A stretch of DNA of 64,000 nucleotides from Clostridia bacterium. Lineage in GTDB: Bacteria; Bacillota; Clostridia; Oscillospirales; CAG-272. Shown piece after piece: positions 37,511 to 46,201 of the stretch. Where the stretch lies: NCBI GenBank assembly GCA_900768535.1, contig CAAGDE010000076.1:23317-87316 (forward strand), read 5' to 3'. Position 1 is the first letter of the stretch; every line of letters begins with the position of its first letter. The notes below the pieces were generated by a model, which was given only the letters and a program-made list of their open reading frames with translations, ran no database searches and was not told the origin of the DNA. The translations under genes were made by a program, and so were the position numbers.

Positions 37511-38242
37511 ATGTCTGTTATCTCAATCAAGCAGCTGCTTGAAGCAGGTGTTCATTTCGGACACCACACCAGAAGATGGAACCCGAAAATGCAGGAGTAC
37601 ATTTTCACGGAGCGCAACGGTATTTATATTATCGACCTGCAGAAAACCGTGAAAAAGTTCGATGAGGCGTACAATTTCGTCCGCGAGCTCTCCGAAAAGG
37701 GCGGAACCCTGCTGTTCGTCGGAACCAAGAAGCAGGCGGCGGAAGCCATCAAGGAAGAGGCAACCCGCTGCGGAATGTACTATGTCAACGTGCGTTGGCC
37801 CGGCGGTATGATGACCAACTTCAAGACCATCAAGAAGTCCATCAACCGTCTGAACAACCTCTACAAGATGCAGGAGGACGGCACCTTTGATCTGCTCCCG
37901 AAGAAGGAGGTCGCCGCAATGCAGAAGGAGATCTTCGACCTGGAGAAGAGCTACGGCGGTATCAAGACCATGGAGCGACTGCCGGATGCCGTGTTTGTGG
38001 TTGACCCCAAGAAGGAGCACATTGCCGTGCTGGAGGCAAAGAAGCTGGGCATTCCGGTGATTGCCATCGTCGATACCAACTGCGACCCGGACGATGCGGA
38101 TTATATCATCCCCGGTAACGATGACGCCATCCGTGCCATCAAGCTGATCTCTTCCTCCCTGGCAGATGCCGTCATCGAGGGCAAGCAGGGCGAGGAGACC
38201 GCAGAGGCTGCCGAAGAGGAAGCTCCGAAGGACGCTGAATAA
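37511..38242 (+). CDS. rpsB: 30S ribosomal protein S2
   Basis: 243 aa with [19 protein letters not shown]. Confidence 0.98.
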   Translation: MSVISIKQLLEAGVHFGHHTRRWNPKMQEYIFTERNGIYIIDLQKTVKKFDEAYNFVRELSEKGGTLLFVGTKKQAAEAIKEEATRCGMYYVNVRWPGGMMTNFKTIKKSINRLNNLYKMQEDGTFDLLPKKEVAAMQKEIFDLEKSYGGIKTMERLPDAVFVVDPKKEHIAVLEAKKLGIPVIAIVDTNCDPDDADYIIPGNDDAIRAIKLISSSLADAVIEGKQGEETAEAAEEEAPKDAE

Positions 38243-38260
38243 TTGAAGGGAGATAGAAAA

Positions 38261-39184
38261 ATGGCTGCTATTACCGCAAAAGATGTTGCAGCGCTCCGTG
38301 CAAAAACCGGTATCGGTATGATGGAGTGCAAGAAGGCGCTGGTGGAAGCGGACGGCGATGTCGATGCCGCAATCAAGATCCTGCGCGAGAAGGGCGAGCT
38401 GAAGGCGGAGTCCAAAATGGCGACCAGAATCGCCGCGGACGGACTGGTTGAAATCCGCAAGGAAGGCGACCTGACCGCAATGATCGAGGTCAACTCCGAG
38501 ACCGACTTTGTCGCCAAGAACGAAACCTTCAAGGCATTCGTTACCGACCTGCTGAAGATCATCATCGCGCAGAAGCCCGCAACGGTGGAAGCCCTGATGG
38601 CTTGCAGGTACGATGACGAGATGAATGTTGATGCAAAGCTGAAGGAAATGATCTTCAAGATCGGTGAGAAGCTGACGGTTCGCCGCTTCGTGCTGGTCGA
38701 GGGTGTTACCAGCACCTATATTCACGGAAACGGCTCCATCGGCGTTGTGGCGAAGTTCAAAACGAACGTTGCCGACAAGCCGGAGTTCGCGGCGTTTGCC
38801 AAGAACATCGCGCTCCAGATCGGTGCATATCCGACCCCGTACCTCTGCCGCGAGCAGGTTCCTGCATCGGTGATTGAGGAAGAAAAGAAGATTCTGCTGG
38901 CGCAGATCGCAAACGATCCTGCAAATGCGAAGAAGCCCGATGCGATCAAGGAAAAGATGGTCGAGGGTCGTGTTTCCAAGTTCTACGACAACAACTGCCT
39001 GCTGGACATGGGCTATGTCAAGGACGAGGACATGAAGGTCGGTCAGTACGTCAAGGCGACTGCAAAGGAGCTGGGCGGCGAGATCGAGGTTGTGGAATTC
39101 TATCGCTACGAGAAGGGCGAGGGCATCCAGAAGCGCGAGGAGAACTTTGCGGAAGAGATCGCAAAGATGACTGCGGGCAAATAA
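38261..39184 (+). CDS. tsf: translation elongation factor Ts
   Basis: ATG at 38261 follows GAAGGGAGA. ITAKDVAALRAKTGIGMMECKKAL. Confidence 0.97.
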   Translation: MAAITAKDVAALRAKTGIGMMECKKALVEADGDVDAAIKILREKGELKAESKMATRIAADGLVEIRKEGDLTAMIEVNSETDFVAKNETFKAFVTDLLKIIIAQKPATVEALMACRYDDEMNVDAKLKEMIFKIGEKLTVRRFVLVEGVTSTYIHGNGSIGVVAKFKTNVADKPEFAAFAKNIALQIGAYPTPYLCREQVPASVIEEEKKILLAQIANDPANAKKPDAIKEKMVEGRVSKFYDNNCLLDMGYVKDEDMKVGQYVKATAKELGGEIEVVEFYRYEKGEGIQKREENFAEEIAKMTAGK

Positions 39185-39198
39185 TTGCATAAATAAAG

Positions 39199-39239
39199 AG
39201 GGATCCGGCAAAAAATCTTGCAGGATCCCTGCTTTTTTT
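39199..39239 (+). terminator. intrinsic terminator after tsf
   Basis: AGGGATCC...GGATCCCT stem with an inner GCA/TGC extension, followed by GC-TTTTTTT. Confidence 0.8.
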
Positions 39240-39250
39240 CGCAAAACCCC

Positions 39251-39278
39251 TTGACAAATCGAGAATTTGTGGTATAAT
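39251..39278 (+). promoter_or_regulatory. promoter of ylxM-ffh-rpsP-KH
   Basis: TTGACA (39251-39256), 16-nt spacer, TGG-TATAAT (39270-39278). Confidence 0.6.
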
Positions 39279-39320
39279 TGTAAAGTAAATTGCTTTACAC
39301 CGAAAAGCGAGGGGATTGCC

Positions 39321-39653
39321 ATGTTTGAAAAGGATCTGCGAATCGGCTTTCTGCTCGACTTTTACGGAGATATGCTCTCCGAGCGAAAACGCACCGTACT
39401 GGATCGGTATTACAACGACGATCTGTCGCTCTCCGAAATTGCAGAGGAGATCGGAATTTCACGCCAGGGCGTGCGGGAGCTGATCAAAAAGGCGGAGGAA
39501 GAGCTGCTGTTTTACGAAGAAAAGCTTGGGCTGGCGGCAAGATTCCGACAGGCGGGGGAGCAGGCGGAGCGTCTGCTGGCACTTCTGCGGGAAAGCGGCG
39601 CCGACAGCCGCATTATGGACGCGGCGGAGGAGCTGGCAAAATCCGTTCGCTGA
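39321..39653 (+). CDS. ylxM: YlxM/UPF0122 putative DNA-binding protein (SRP-operon associated)
   Basis: ATG at 39321. 110 aa, MFEKDLRIGFLLDFYGDMLSERKRTVLDRYYNDDLSLSEIAEEIGISRQGV. Precedes ffh as in other Firmicutes. Confidence 0.85.
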   Translation: MFEKDLRIGFLLDFYGDMLSERKRTVLDRYYNDDLSLSEIAEEIGISRQGVRELIKKAEEELLFYEEKLGLAARFRQAGEQAERLLALLRESGADSRIMDAAEELAKSVR

Positions 39654-39677
39654 ATATGAAGGGGGGAATCGCAGGAA

Positions 39678-41021
39678 ATGTTCGAAAGCCTCGGTGAAAA
39701 ACTGACAAACGCATTCAAAAAATTCCGGAGCAAGGGAAAGCTGACCGAAGCAGACGTCAAAGCCGGAATGCGGGAAATCAAGCTCGCACTGCTGGAAGCC
39801 GACGTCAACTTCAGGGTTGTCCGGGATTTTATCAAAATCGTGTCCGAACGGGCGGTCGGAAGCGAGGTGCTGGAGTCGCTTCTGCCGGCACAGCAGATCG
39901 TCAAGATCGTCAATGAAGAGCTGACAAGACTCATGGGCGGCTCTCAGGCGAAGCTGACCATTTCCCCCAAGCCGCCCACGGTCATCATGATGGTCGGTCT
40001 GCAGGGAGCCGGTAAAACCACGCACGCAGGCAAGCTTGCGGGACTGTACAAAAAGCAGGGCAAAAAGCCGCTGTTGGTTGCGTGTGACGTCTACCGCCCG
40101 GCGGCAATCAAGCAGCTGCAGGTGGTGGGAGAGAAGCTGGACATCCCGGTATTCACCATGGGTGATCAGGTCTCGCCGGTCAAAATCGCCAGGGAAGGCG
40201 TTGCTTATGCCAACCAAAAGGGCTACGACATGGTCTTCATCGATACCGCAGGACGGCTGCAGATCGACGATGTCCTGATGGAGGAGCTGGAGCAGATCAA
40301 GGAGGCGGTGCACCCGTCCGAAATTCTGCTGACGGTCGATGCCATGATCGGTCAGGAATCGGTCAACGTGGCGGAAACCTTCAACAACCGGCTGGACATC
40401 ACCGGTGTTATCCTGACCAAGCTGGACGGCGACACGAGAGGCGGTGCGGCACTGTCCATCCGCTATGTTACCGGAAAGCCGATCAAATTCGTCGGTACCG
40501 GCGAAAAGCTGGACACCATCGAGCCGTTCTATCCCGACAGAATGGCATCGCGAATCCTCGGCATGGGCGATGTCCTGACGCTGATCGACAAGGCGCAGGC
40601 GGCTTATGACGAAAAGCAGGCGGTGGAGCTGGAAAAGAAAATGCGCCAGCAGACCTTTACGCTGGACGATTATCTCGGACAGCTGACACAGCTGAAAAAA
40701 ATGGGCAACCTGGAGCAGCTGGTCGGCATGATGCCCGGCATGAACGCCAAGGCGCTCAAGGACGCAAAGGTGGACGAAAAGGTTTTGGTCCGCACCGAAG
40801 CCATCATCCGTTCCATGACCCCGCGCGAGCGGGAGCACCCGGAGATCATCAACGCATCCCGCAAAAAGCGGATCGCGCAGGGCTCCGGCACCTCGGTGGA
40901 AGAGGTCAACAAGCTGCTCCGGCAGTTCGATCAGATGCTCAAGATGATGCGTCAGTTCACCGAAATGGGGAAGACCAAAAAAGGAAAGAAAATGCTCGGC
41001 AGAATGAAGATGCCCTTCTGA
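39678..41021 (+). CDS. ffh: signal recognition particle protein Ffh
   Basis: 447 aa with MVGLQGAGKTT, TKLDGDTRGGAALS and a Met-rich M domain. Confidence 0.97.
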   Translation: MFESLGEKLTNAFKKFRSKGKLTEADVKAGMREIKLALLEADVNFRVVRDFIKIVSERAVGSEVLESLLPAQQIVKIVNEELTRLMGGSQAKLTISPKPPTVIMMVGLQGAGKTTHAGKLAGLYKKQGKKPLLVACDVYRPAAIKQLQVVGEKLDIPVFTMGDQVSPVKIAREGVAYANQKGYDMVFIDTAGRLQIDDVLMEELEQIKEAVHPSEILLTVDAMIGQESVNVAETFNNRLDITGVILTKLDGDTRGGAALSIRYVTGKPIKFVGTGEKLDTIEPFYPDRMASRILGMGDVLTLIDKAQAAYDEKQAVELEKKMRQQTFTLDDYLGQLTQLKKMGNLEQLVGMMPGMNAKALKDAKVDEKVLVRTEAIIRSMTPREREHPEIINASRKKRIAQGSGTSVEEVNKLLRQFDQMLKMMRQFTEMGKTKKGKKMLGRMKMPF

Positions 41022-41070
41022 TTTCACCGTTCATTCATAAAACAAAAAACATTTTTCGGAGGAAAAAACC

Positions 41071-41316
41071 ATGGCAGTAAAAATGAGACTCACCAGAATT
41101 GGCGCAAAGAAGGCTCCCTTCTACCGCGTCATTATCGCGGACAGCCGCTCTCCCAGAGACGGACGCTTCATCGACACCATCGGCACCTACAATCCGCTGA
41201 CCAACCCGGTGGAAATCAAAATTGACGCGGAGAAAGCAAAGAAGTGGCTCGGAAACGGCGCACAGCCGACCGAAACCGTCAAGTCGCTTCTGAAGAAGAG
41301 CGGTATCGTTGACTGA
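41071..41316 (+). CDS. rpsP: 30S ribosomal protein S16
   Basis: 81 aa, [20 protein letters not shown]. Confidence 0.97.
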   Translation: MAVKMRLTRIGAKKAPFYRVIIADSRSPRDGRFIDTIGTYNPLTNPVEIKIDAEKAKKWLGNGAQPTETVKSLLKKSGIVD

Positions 41317-41339
41317 TTTCACGCACAGGAGAACGCGGT

Positions 41340-41576
41340 ATGGCAAATTTACAGGAAACCCTGCTTGATATTGCAAGGGCAATTGTCGATACCCCGGACG
41401 AGGTCAGAGTTGCGGTGGAAGAGGATGAGAACAGCATGACGCTCACCCTGACCGTTGCTCCGGACGATACCGGAATGGTCATCGGCAGACACGGAAAGAT
41501 TGCAAAGGCAATCCGGACGGTCATCAAGGCTGCATCTGTCAGCAGCGGGAAAAAAGTGAATGTGGAAATTCGTTAA
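41340..41576 (+). CDS. ylqC: KH-domain RNA-binding protein (UPF0109, YlqC-like)
   Basis: 78 aa with the GxxG motif VIGRHGKIAKAIR. Conserved position after rpsP. Confidence 0.85.
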   Translation: MANLQETLLDIARAIVDTPDEVRVAVEEDENSMTLTLTVAPDDTGMVIGRHGKIAKAIRTVIKAASVSSGKKVNVEIR

Positions 41577-41580
41577 CAGC

Positions 41581-41612
41581 AAAAAACCGAACGCGCGCCG
41601 TTCGGTTTTTTC
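41581..41612 (+). terminator. intrinsic terminator after the KH-protein gene
   Basis: 9-bp stem AACCGAACG / CGTTCGGTT with a 5-nt loop and a TTTTTT tail. Confidence 0.9.
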
Positions 41613-41627
41613 TCATCGGGAGGGCAT

Positions 41628-42293
41628 ATGAGAGCAGAGGAGATCTTCCGCTTCCCGGAGGAGGCGGAGCGCGAAACGGCACTGTGCGCACTGCCGGGAG
41701 AGACGCTGACGGCGGAATTGGAGCGGATCGGAAAACAGCTTCCGGCGCCGGAACGGTACCGGCGGGAGGCAGAGCGGCTCCGGGCGATCCTGACGGTCAT
41801 GGAGCAGGAAGCCGACCGCTTTCTGCGCACCTGGAGCGGAAAAACCGATGTTTTCGGCGGCATCAGCGACCGGGAGGGGCTGTACCGCGACCACTGCGCT
41901 TTGCAGGGAACGCTGGAAGAGGGCGTGCGGCGGTTGTCAGATGCCGCAACCGAACCGTACCCTCCTGCCGCCGAAGCCTGGGCGCGCTGGGCGGTTAAGC
42001 GGCTCGCGCAGGGAATCGTGCAGGATGCGGCAATCACCGACCGGGCAGGGAAGCTGTTGCACCGACTCACGGCGGATGACCGCGCAAGAGAGCGGACGGA
42101 GGCACAGCGGGAATCGGTGCGCGCCTTCCTGCGGACAACAGTCCGGGCATACGGCAGCCGGGCGCCGGAGCTGTCGGATGCCGAAAACAGAGGCAGAAAT
42201 CTCCGGGCAGGTGCACTGATCGCGCTCACCGCAGAATTCCGCACGGCAATCGCGGAATGCAAAAAGGGACTTGACGAAAGGCGGAAACTGTGA
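41628..42293 (+). CDS. hypothetical Arg/Glu/Ala-rich, predicted helical protein
   Basis: 221-aa ORF with GC3-rich codon usage like its neighbours. GGGAGGG lies 3 nt before the ATG, a short spacing. I recognise no motif. An equally long antisense ORF exists (41573..42298). Confidence 0.5.
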   Translation: MRAEEIFRFPEEAERETALCALPGETLTAELERIGKQLPAPERYRREAERLRAILTVMEQEADRFLRTWSGKTDVFGGISDREGLYRDHCALQGTLEEGVRRLSDAATEPYPPAAEAWARWAVKRLAQGIVQDAAITDRAGKLLHRLTADDRARERTEAQRESVRAFLRTTVRAYGSRAPELSDAENRGRNLRAGALIALTAEFRTAIAECKKGLDERRKL

Positions 42294-42299
42294 TACAAT
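42271..42299 (+). promoter_or_regulatory. promoter of glpK (embedded in the 3' end of the preceding ORF)
   Basis: TTGACG (42271-42276), 17-nt spacer, TGA-TACAAT (42291-42299). Confidence 0.55.
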
Positions 42300-42333
42300 G
42301 AAGGAAGTACAAATCACAACCGGGAGGTCGGCT

Positions 42334-43827
42334 ATGAAGCCTTATCTGTTAGCACTGGATCAGGGGACAACCAGTTCCCGCTGTATTCTCTTCGACCGGC
42401 AGGGGAACGTTTTGTCGCAGGTCAACCGGGAATTCCGGCAAAGCTACCCGCAGGACGGCTGGGTCGAGCAGGACGCCACCGAAATTCTGGCATCGCAAAT
42501 GGGCGTTGCGGTGGAGGCTCTCCTGCGCGCAGGCGTCAGTGCCGCAGAGGTTGCCGCAATCGGCATCACCAACCAGCGGGAGACCGTTGTGGTGTGGGAC
42601 AGGACGACCGGGAAACCGATCTGTCCGGCAATTGTGTGGCAGTGCCGCAGAACGGCGGCAGTGTGCGAGGAATTGAAGCGGCAGAGACTGGAGCCGATGC
42701 TCCGCCAAAAGACGGGACTGATCGCCGACCCGTACTTTTCGGCAACCAAGCTGCAATGGATCCTGGATCATGTTCCGGACGCCCGCCGGCGCGCGGAGCG
42801 GGGAGAACTGTGCTTCGGGACGGTGGACAGCTGGCTGATCTGGAACCTCAGCGGCGGAACGGTCCACGCAACCGACCCCTCCAACGCCGCGCGAACCATG
42901 CTCTTCAACATCCATACCATGGCGTGGGATCCGGAGCTGCTCCGGCTGTTCCGCGTTCCGGAATCCATGCTGCCGGAGGTCCGACCGTCCTCCGGGATCT
43001 TCGGCTATACCTCCGAGCATCTGTTCGGGGAGCGCATTCCGATTGCCGGTGTCGCGGGAGATCAGCAGGCGGCGCTGTTCGGTCAGTGCTGTTTCGGCAA
43101 AGGGGATGTCAAGAACACCTACGGAACCGGCGGATTTCTGCTGATGAACACGGGAGAGAAGCCGGTCGATTCCGCGCACGGTCTGCTGACCACGGTCGGC
43201 TGGCAGCTCGGAGGAAGGACCACCTACGTGCTGGAGGGATCGGTCTTTGTCTGCGGGGCGGTGATCCAGTGGCTCCGGGACGGACTGCGGCTGTTTGCGC
43301 ACGCAAGTGACACCGAGCGGATGGCACTTTCGGTCCCGGACAGCGCCGGCATTTACCTGGTTCCGGCGTTTGTCGGGCTGGGCGCACCGTACTGGGACCC
43401 GTTCGCGCGCGGCTCCGTCCAGGGGTTGACCCGTGCGGCAACGGCAGAGCACCTCGTGCGGGCGGCACTGGAATCCATGGCGTATCAGACGGCGGATGTT
43501 CTGTCGGCAATGGAGCAGGACGCCGCGGCACCGATCCGGACCATCCGGGTGGACGGCGGAGCGGCGGCGAACAACTTTCTGCTCCAGTTTCAGAGCGACA
43601 TCCTCGGTGTCTCGCTCTCCCGCCCGCGCTGTGTGGAAACCACCGCCAAAGGCGCCGCAAGCCTCGCCGCACTGGCAGTCGGGTACTATGCGGATACCCG
43701 GGAACTGGAAACAGCCTGGCAGACCGACCGTACCTTTACGCCAGCCATGTCGGACGCCGAACGCCGGGATAAGCTCGCCGGCTGGCACCGCGCCGTCAAC
43801 CGCTCCTGCGCCTGGATCCGGCAGTAA
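42334..43827 (+). CDS. glpK: glycerol kinase
   Basis: ATG at 42334 follows [27 protein letters not shown] and [16 protein letters not shown] family. Confidence 0.96.
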   Translation: MKPYLLALDQGTTSSRCILFDRQGNVLSQVNREFRQSYPQDGWVEQDATEILASQMGVAVEALLRAGVSAAEVAAIGITNQRETVVVWDRTTGKPICPAIVWQCRRTAAVCEELKRQRLEPMLRQKTGLIADPYFSATKLQWILDHVPDARRRAERGELCFGTVDSWLIWNLSGGTVHATDPSNAARTMLFNIHTMAWDPELLRLFRVPESMLPEVRPSSGIFGYTSEHLFGERIPIAGVAGDQQAALFGQCCFGKGDVKNTYGTGGFLLMNTGEKPVDSAHGLLTTVGWQLGGRTTYVLEGSVFVCGAVIQWLRDGLRLFAHASDTERMALSVPDSAGIYLVPAFVGLGAPYWDPFARGSVQGLTRAATAEHLVRAALESMAYQTADVLSAMEQDAAAPIRTIRVDGGAAANNFLLQFQSDILGVSLSRPRCVETTAKGAASLAALAVGYYADTRELETAWQTDRTFTPAMSDAERRDKLAGWHRAVNRSCAWIRQ

Positions 43828-43876
43828 TCCGACGGCGCAATCCTGAAATGAGCCGGAAACGGGAAAGGATAATGAT

Positions 43877-45520
43877 ATGAAACAGTATGTAATCGGTCTG
43901 GACTACGGCACGCTCTCCGGCAGATGCGTTCTGGTGGATGCGGAGAGCGGGGAAGAGGTTGCCGAGTCGGTTTCGGAATATGCGCACGGCGTGATGGATG
44001 AAACACTCCCGGACGGGCAGAGGCTCCCGCCGCAGTGGGCGCTCCAGCACCCGCAGGATTACCTTGATGTGCTGTCCGTCACCGTTCCGGACGTGCTGAA
44101 AAAAGCGAACGTTGCGCCGGAATGCGTTCGCGGCATGGGAATCGACTTCACCGCCTGCACCATTCTGCCCCTGAATGCGGACGGAACGCCGCTGTGCCTT
44201 CTGCCGGAATGGGAGCATGAAAAGCACGCCTATGTCAAGCTGTGGAAGCACCATGCGGCACAGGGACAGGCAGACCGCATCAACGATCTGGCACACCGCC
44301 GGGGCGAGGACTGGATCGACAGCTACGGCGGAAAGCTCTCCTCGGAATTCGCCCTGCCGAAGATCCTGCAGCTTCTGGAGGAAGCCCCGGAGGTCTACCG
44401 TGCGGCGGAGCGGTTTACCGAAGCCGGCGACTGGCTCTCCCTTGTCCTGACCGGCGAGGAAACGCACAGCGCGGTCTTTGCAGGCTACAAGGCGGCGTGG
44501 AACGCGGAGAGCGGCTACCCGTCAAACGAATTCTTCCGAGCGCTGGACAGCCGCCTGGACGGCATTGTCGGGAGCAAGCTCTCCCTGAAGGTCTTTGGTG
44601 CGGACCGGATCGCCGGACATCTGAATGCACAGGGCGCACGCCTGACCGGGCTTCCCGAGGGAACGCCGCTGGCACTCCCGATGATTGACGGGCACGCCGC
44701 CATGCCCGCACTGCGCGTGACCGGGGAGGGAGAAATGATGCTGATTGTCGGCACCTCCTCCTGTCAGATGGTCAATCTGCCCGAAAAACGGTCGGTGCGC
44801 GGCATCTGCGGGTATGTGAGGGACGGCGTCATTCCCGGCTATTATACATACGAAGCGGGGCAGGCGGGCGTCGGGGATATCTTTGACTGGTTCGTCAAAA
44901 CCTGCGTTCCGGCGGCATACGCCGAGGAAGCGAAGGGGCGGGGGATCAGCCTCCATCAGCTCCTGCGCGAGAAGGCGGCACCCCGGAAGCCCGGCGAGAG
45001 CGGACTGCTGGCGCTGGACTGGTGGAACGGCAACCGGAACGTGCTGGGCAATTCGAGGCTGTCCGGCATGATCCTCGGCATGACGCTGACCACCAAGCCG
45101 GAGGACATCTACCGCGCGCTGATCGAAGCAACGGCATACGGACTGCGCGTGATTGCGGAGCGGTACGAGTCGGACGGCGTTGCGGTCGGCAGCATTGTTG
45201 CGGGCGGCGGAATTGCGCAGAAGGACGCCATGATGATGCAGATCTACGCCGATGTGCTGGGACGCCCCATCCGCATTGCCGGAACCACCCAGGCGGGCGC
45301 GCTCGGCAGTGCCATGTACGCATCGGTTGCCGGCGGAATCTACCCGGACATTCAGACCGCCGCCGCGCACCTGTCCAAGCCGGACATCGGTATTTACACA
45401 CCGGATGCGGAGAACCACCGGATCTATTCCGGACTGTATGCGGAGTACAAAAAGCTCTATGATTATTTCGGATGCGAAAACACGGTCATGGAGCAGTTGT
45501 CCGACATGAGACAGGGGTGA
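43877..45520 (+). CDS. araB: ribulokinase (FGGY family)
   Basis: 547 aa with IGLDYGTLSGR, VKLWKHHAAQ, YEAGQAGVGD and LDWWNGNRN. Collinear with B. subtilis AraB as I remember it. Confidence 0.9.
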   Translation: MKQYVIGLDYGTLSGRCVLVDAESGEEVAESVSEYAHGVMDETLPDGQRLPPQWALQHPQDYLDVLSVTVPDVLKKANVAPECVRGMGIDFTACTILPLNADGTPLCLLPEWEHEKHAYVKLWKHHAAQGQADRINDLAHRRGEDWIDSYGGKLSSEFALPKILQLLEEAPEVYRAAERFTEAGDWLSLVLTGEETHSAVFAGYKAAWNAESGYPSNEFFRALDSRLDGIVGSKLSLKVFGADRIAGHLNAQGARLTGLPEGTPLALPMIDGHAAMPALRVTGEGEMMLIVGTSSCQMVNLPEKRSVRGICGYVRDGVIPGYYTYEAGQAGVGDIFDWFVKTCVPAAYAEEAKGRGISLHQLLREKAAPRKPGESGLLALDWWNGNRNVLGNSRLSGMILGMTLTTKPEDIYRALIEATAYGLRVIAERYESDGVAVGSIVAGGGIAQKDAMMMQIYADVLGRPIRIAGTTQAGALGSAMYASVAGGIYPDIQTAAAHLSKPDIGIYTPDAENHRIYSGLYAEYKKLYDYFGCENTVMEQLSDMRQG

Positions 45521-45539
45521 TTGCATTGGAAGTTTTTTT

Positions 45540-45610
45540 GGGGGGATTATGCAAAATTTATCCCCCCTCATCAGTCGCTAACGCGACAGCTTCCCCCCAG
45601 GGGGAAGCCT
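45540..45610 (-). repeat. two-hairpin repeat module, copy A (inverted relative to B and C)
   Basis: GGGGGGAT..ATCCCCCC-TCATCA-GTCGC-taac-GCGAC-A-GCTTCCCC-ccag-GGGGAAGC. This is the reverse complement of the module at 45699-45750. Confidence 0.85.
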
Positions 45611-45613
45611 TTT
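45589..45613 (+). terminator. probable terminator of araB formed by the outer hairpin of repeat copy A
   Basis: GCTTCCCC-ccag-GGGGAAGC followed by CTTTTA. Confidence 0.5.
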
Positions 45614-45698
45614 ACGCGGTCTCCTTGATTAGAAAATATCAACTTTTTTTGAAAATACGATAGATACAGAATCTTTCAGGCAAATCGCACTCTCAAAT

Positions 45699-45811
45699 AG
45701 GCTTCCCCTCGGGGGGAAGCTGTCGCGTTAGCGACTGATGAGGGGGGATAAATCTGTACTTTCATCATTTGATATATCAACTCTCGTCAAAACCGAACCG
45801 CTCTTACAGAT
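45699..45811 (+). repeat. 113-bp tandem repeat unit B (two-hairpin module plus TTGATATATCAA palindrome)
   Basis: GCTTCCCC-tcgg-GGGGAAGC (45701-45720), GTCGC-gtta-GCGAC (45722-45735), TGATGAGGGGGG, and the 12-bp palindrome at 45769-45780. Confidence 0.9.
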
Positions 45812-45924
45812 AGGCTTCCCCTCGGGGGGAAGCTGTCGCGGCAGCGACTGATGAGGGGGGATAAATCTGCACTTTCATCATTTGATATATCAACTCTTGT
45901 CAAAACCGAACAGCTCTTGCTGAT
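45812..45924 (+). repeat. 113-bp tandem repeat unit C
   Basis: Near-identical to unit B. The visible differences are the hairpin-2 loop (gtta to ggca) and a few flanking bases. Palindrome at 45882-45893. Confidence 0.9.
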
Positions 45925-45953
45925 AGACTGATGAGGGGGATCAGTCTGTACTC
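45925..45953 (+). repeat. truncated repeat unit D
   Basis: AGACTGATGAGGGGGATCAGTCTGTACT resembles the (GC)GACTGATGAGGGGGGATAAATCTGTACT part of units B and C. It folds as an 8-bp hairpin, AGACTGAT / ATCAGTCT. Confidence 0.7.
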
Positions 45954-46011
45954 TGAAAATTTGTTGTACCGTCAGCCGGGGTGAATTTTTTCGAAAAATT
46001 GCAAAAAGGGG

Positions 46012-46040
46012 TTGATTTTTCCGGCGGGATGTGATATACT
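46012..46040 (+). promoter_or_regulatory. promoter of tRNA-Leu
   Basis: TTGATT (46012-46017), 17-nt spacer, TGA-TATACT (46032-46040), 14 nt before the mature tRNA 5' end. Confidence 0.6.
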
Positions 46041-46053
46041 ATACCTGTTGCCC

Positions 46054-46140
46054 GCCGGTATGATGGAATTGGCAGACGTGCTGGACTCAAAATCCAGTGG
46101 TAGCGATACCGTGTCGGTTCGACCCCGACTACCGGCACCA
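46054..46140 (+). tRNA. tRNA-Leu (anticodon CAA), CCA encoded
   Basis: Acceptor GCCGGTA/TACCGGC. Anticodon arm CTGGA-CTCAAAA-TCCAG. Long variable arm GGTA-gcga-TACC. T arm GTCGG-TTCGACC-CCGAC. Discriminator A plus CCA. Confidence 0.93.
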
Positions 46141-46147
46141 AAGCAAG

Positions 46148-46189
46148 ACCTGTCACCTGATCCGTCGGGCTGGCAGGTTTTGTTTTTTT
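46148..46189 (+). terminator. terminator-like hairpin after tRNA-Leu
   Basis: ACCTGTC...GGCAGGT stem (includes one G-U pair) followed by TTTTGTTTTTTT. Confidence 0.65.
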
Positions 46190-46201
46190 CGGAGGGATGC
46201 T

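Noticed and set aside
41573-42298. 241-aa minus-strand ORF covering the same interval as the hypothetical protein at 41628..42293.
   Set aside because: It is Ser/Arg/Ala-rich, has no RBS, would run head-on into the terminator at 41581-41612, and opposes the strand of all neighbouring genes. The plus-strand ORF is preferred, but only at 0.5 confidence.
45472-45663. Small ORFs through the repeats: 63 aa on the plus strand, and 25-30 aa ORFs starting ATGATGAAAGT on the minus strand of units B and C, all containing IYPPSSVA-ATASP-GEA.
   Set aside because: The conserved peptide is the translation of the hairpin module itself. There is no convincing RBS, and the ORF lengths and ends differ between copies. 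I interpret these as non-coding repeats, but proteomics could revisit this.
45733-45747. CTGATGAG in repeat units B, C and D looks like the conserved CUGAUGA core of a hammerhead ribozyme.
   Set aside because: The rest of the core is missing. No GAAA follows a stem II, no stem II pairs with the GGGGGG tract in the required order, and no NUH cleavage site sits in any of the type I/II/III arrangements I tried.
45790-45810. LexA/Cheo-box-like CGAACCGCTCTTAC (and CGAACAGCTCTTGC in unit C) upstream of the Y-family polymerase.
   Set aside because: Only the GAAC half-site matches. The second half is CTTA/CTTG rather than GTTC, and the sites are more than 390 bp from the polymerase gene, beyond a tRNA gene.
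45699-45953. Possible CRISPR array in the tandem repeat region.
   Set aside because: There are only about 2.3 contiguous 113-bp units with no unique spacers between them. The repeats are far longer than CRISPR repeats, and there are no cas genes in the window.
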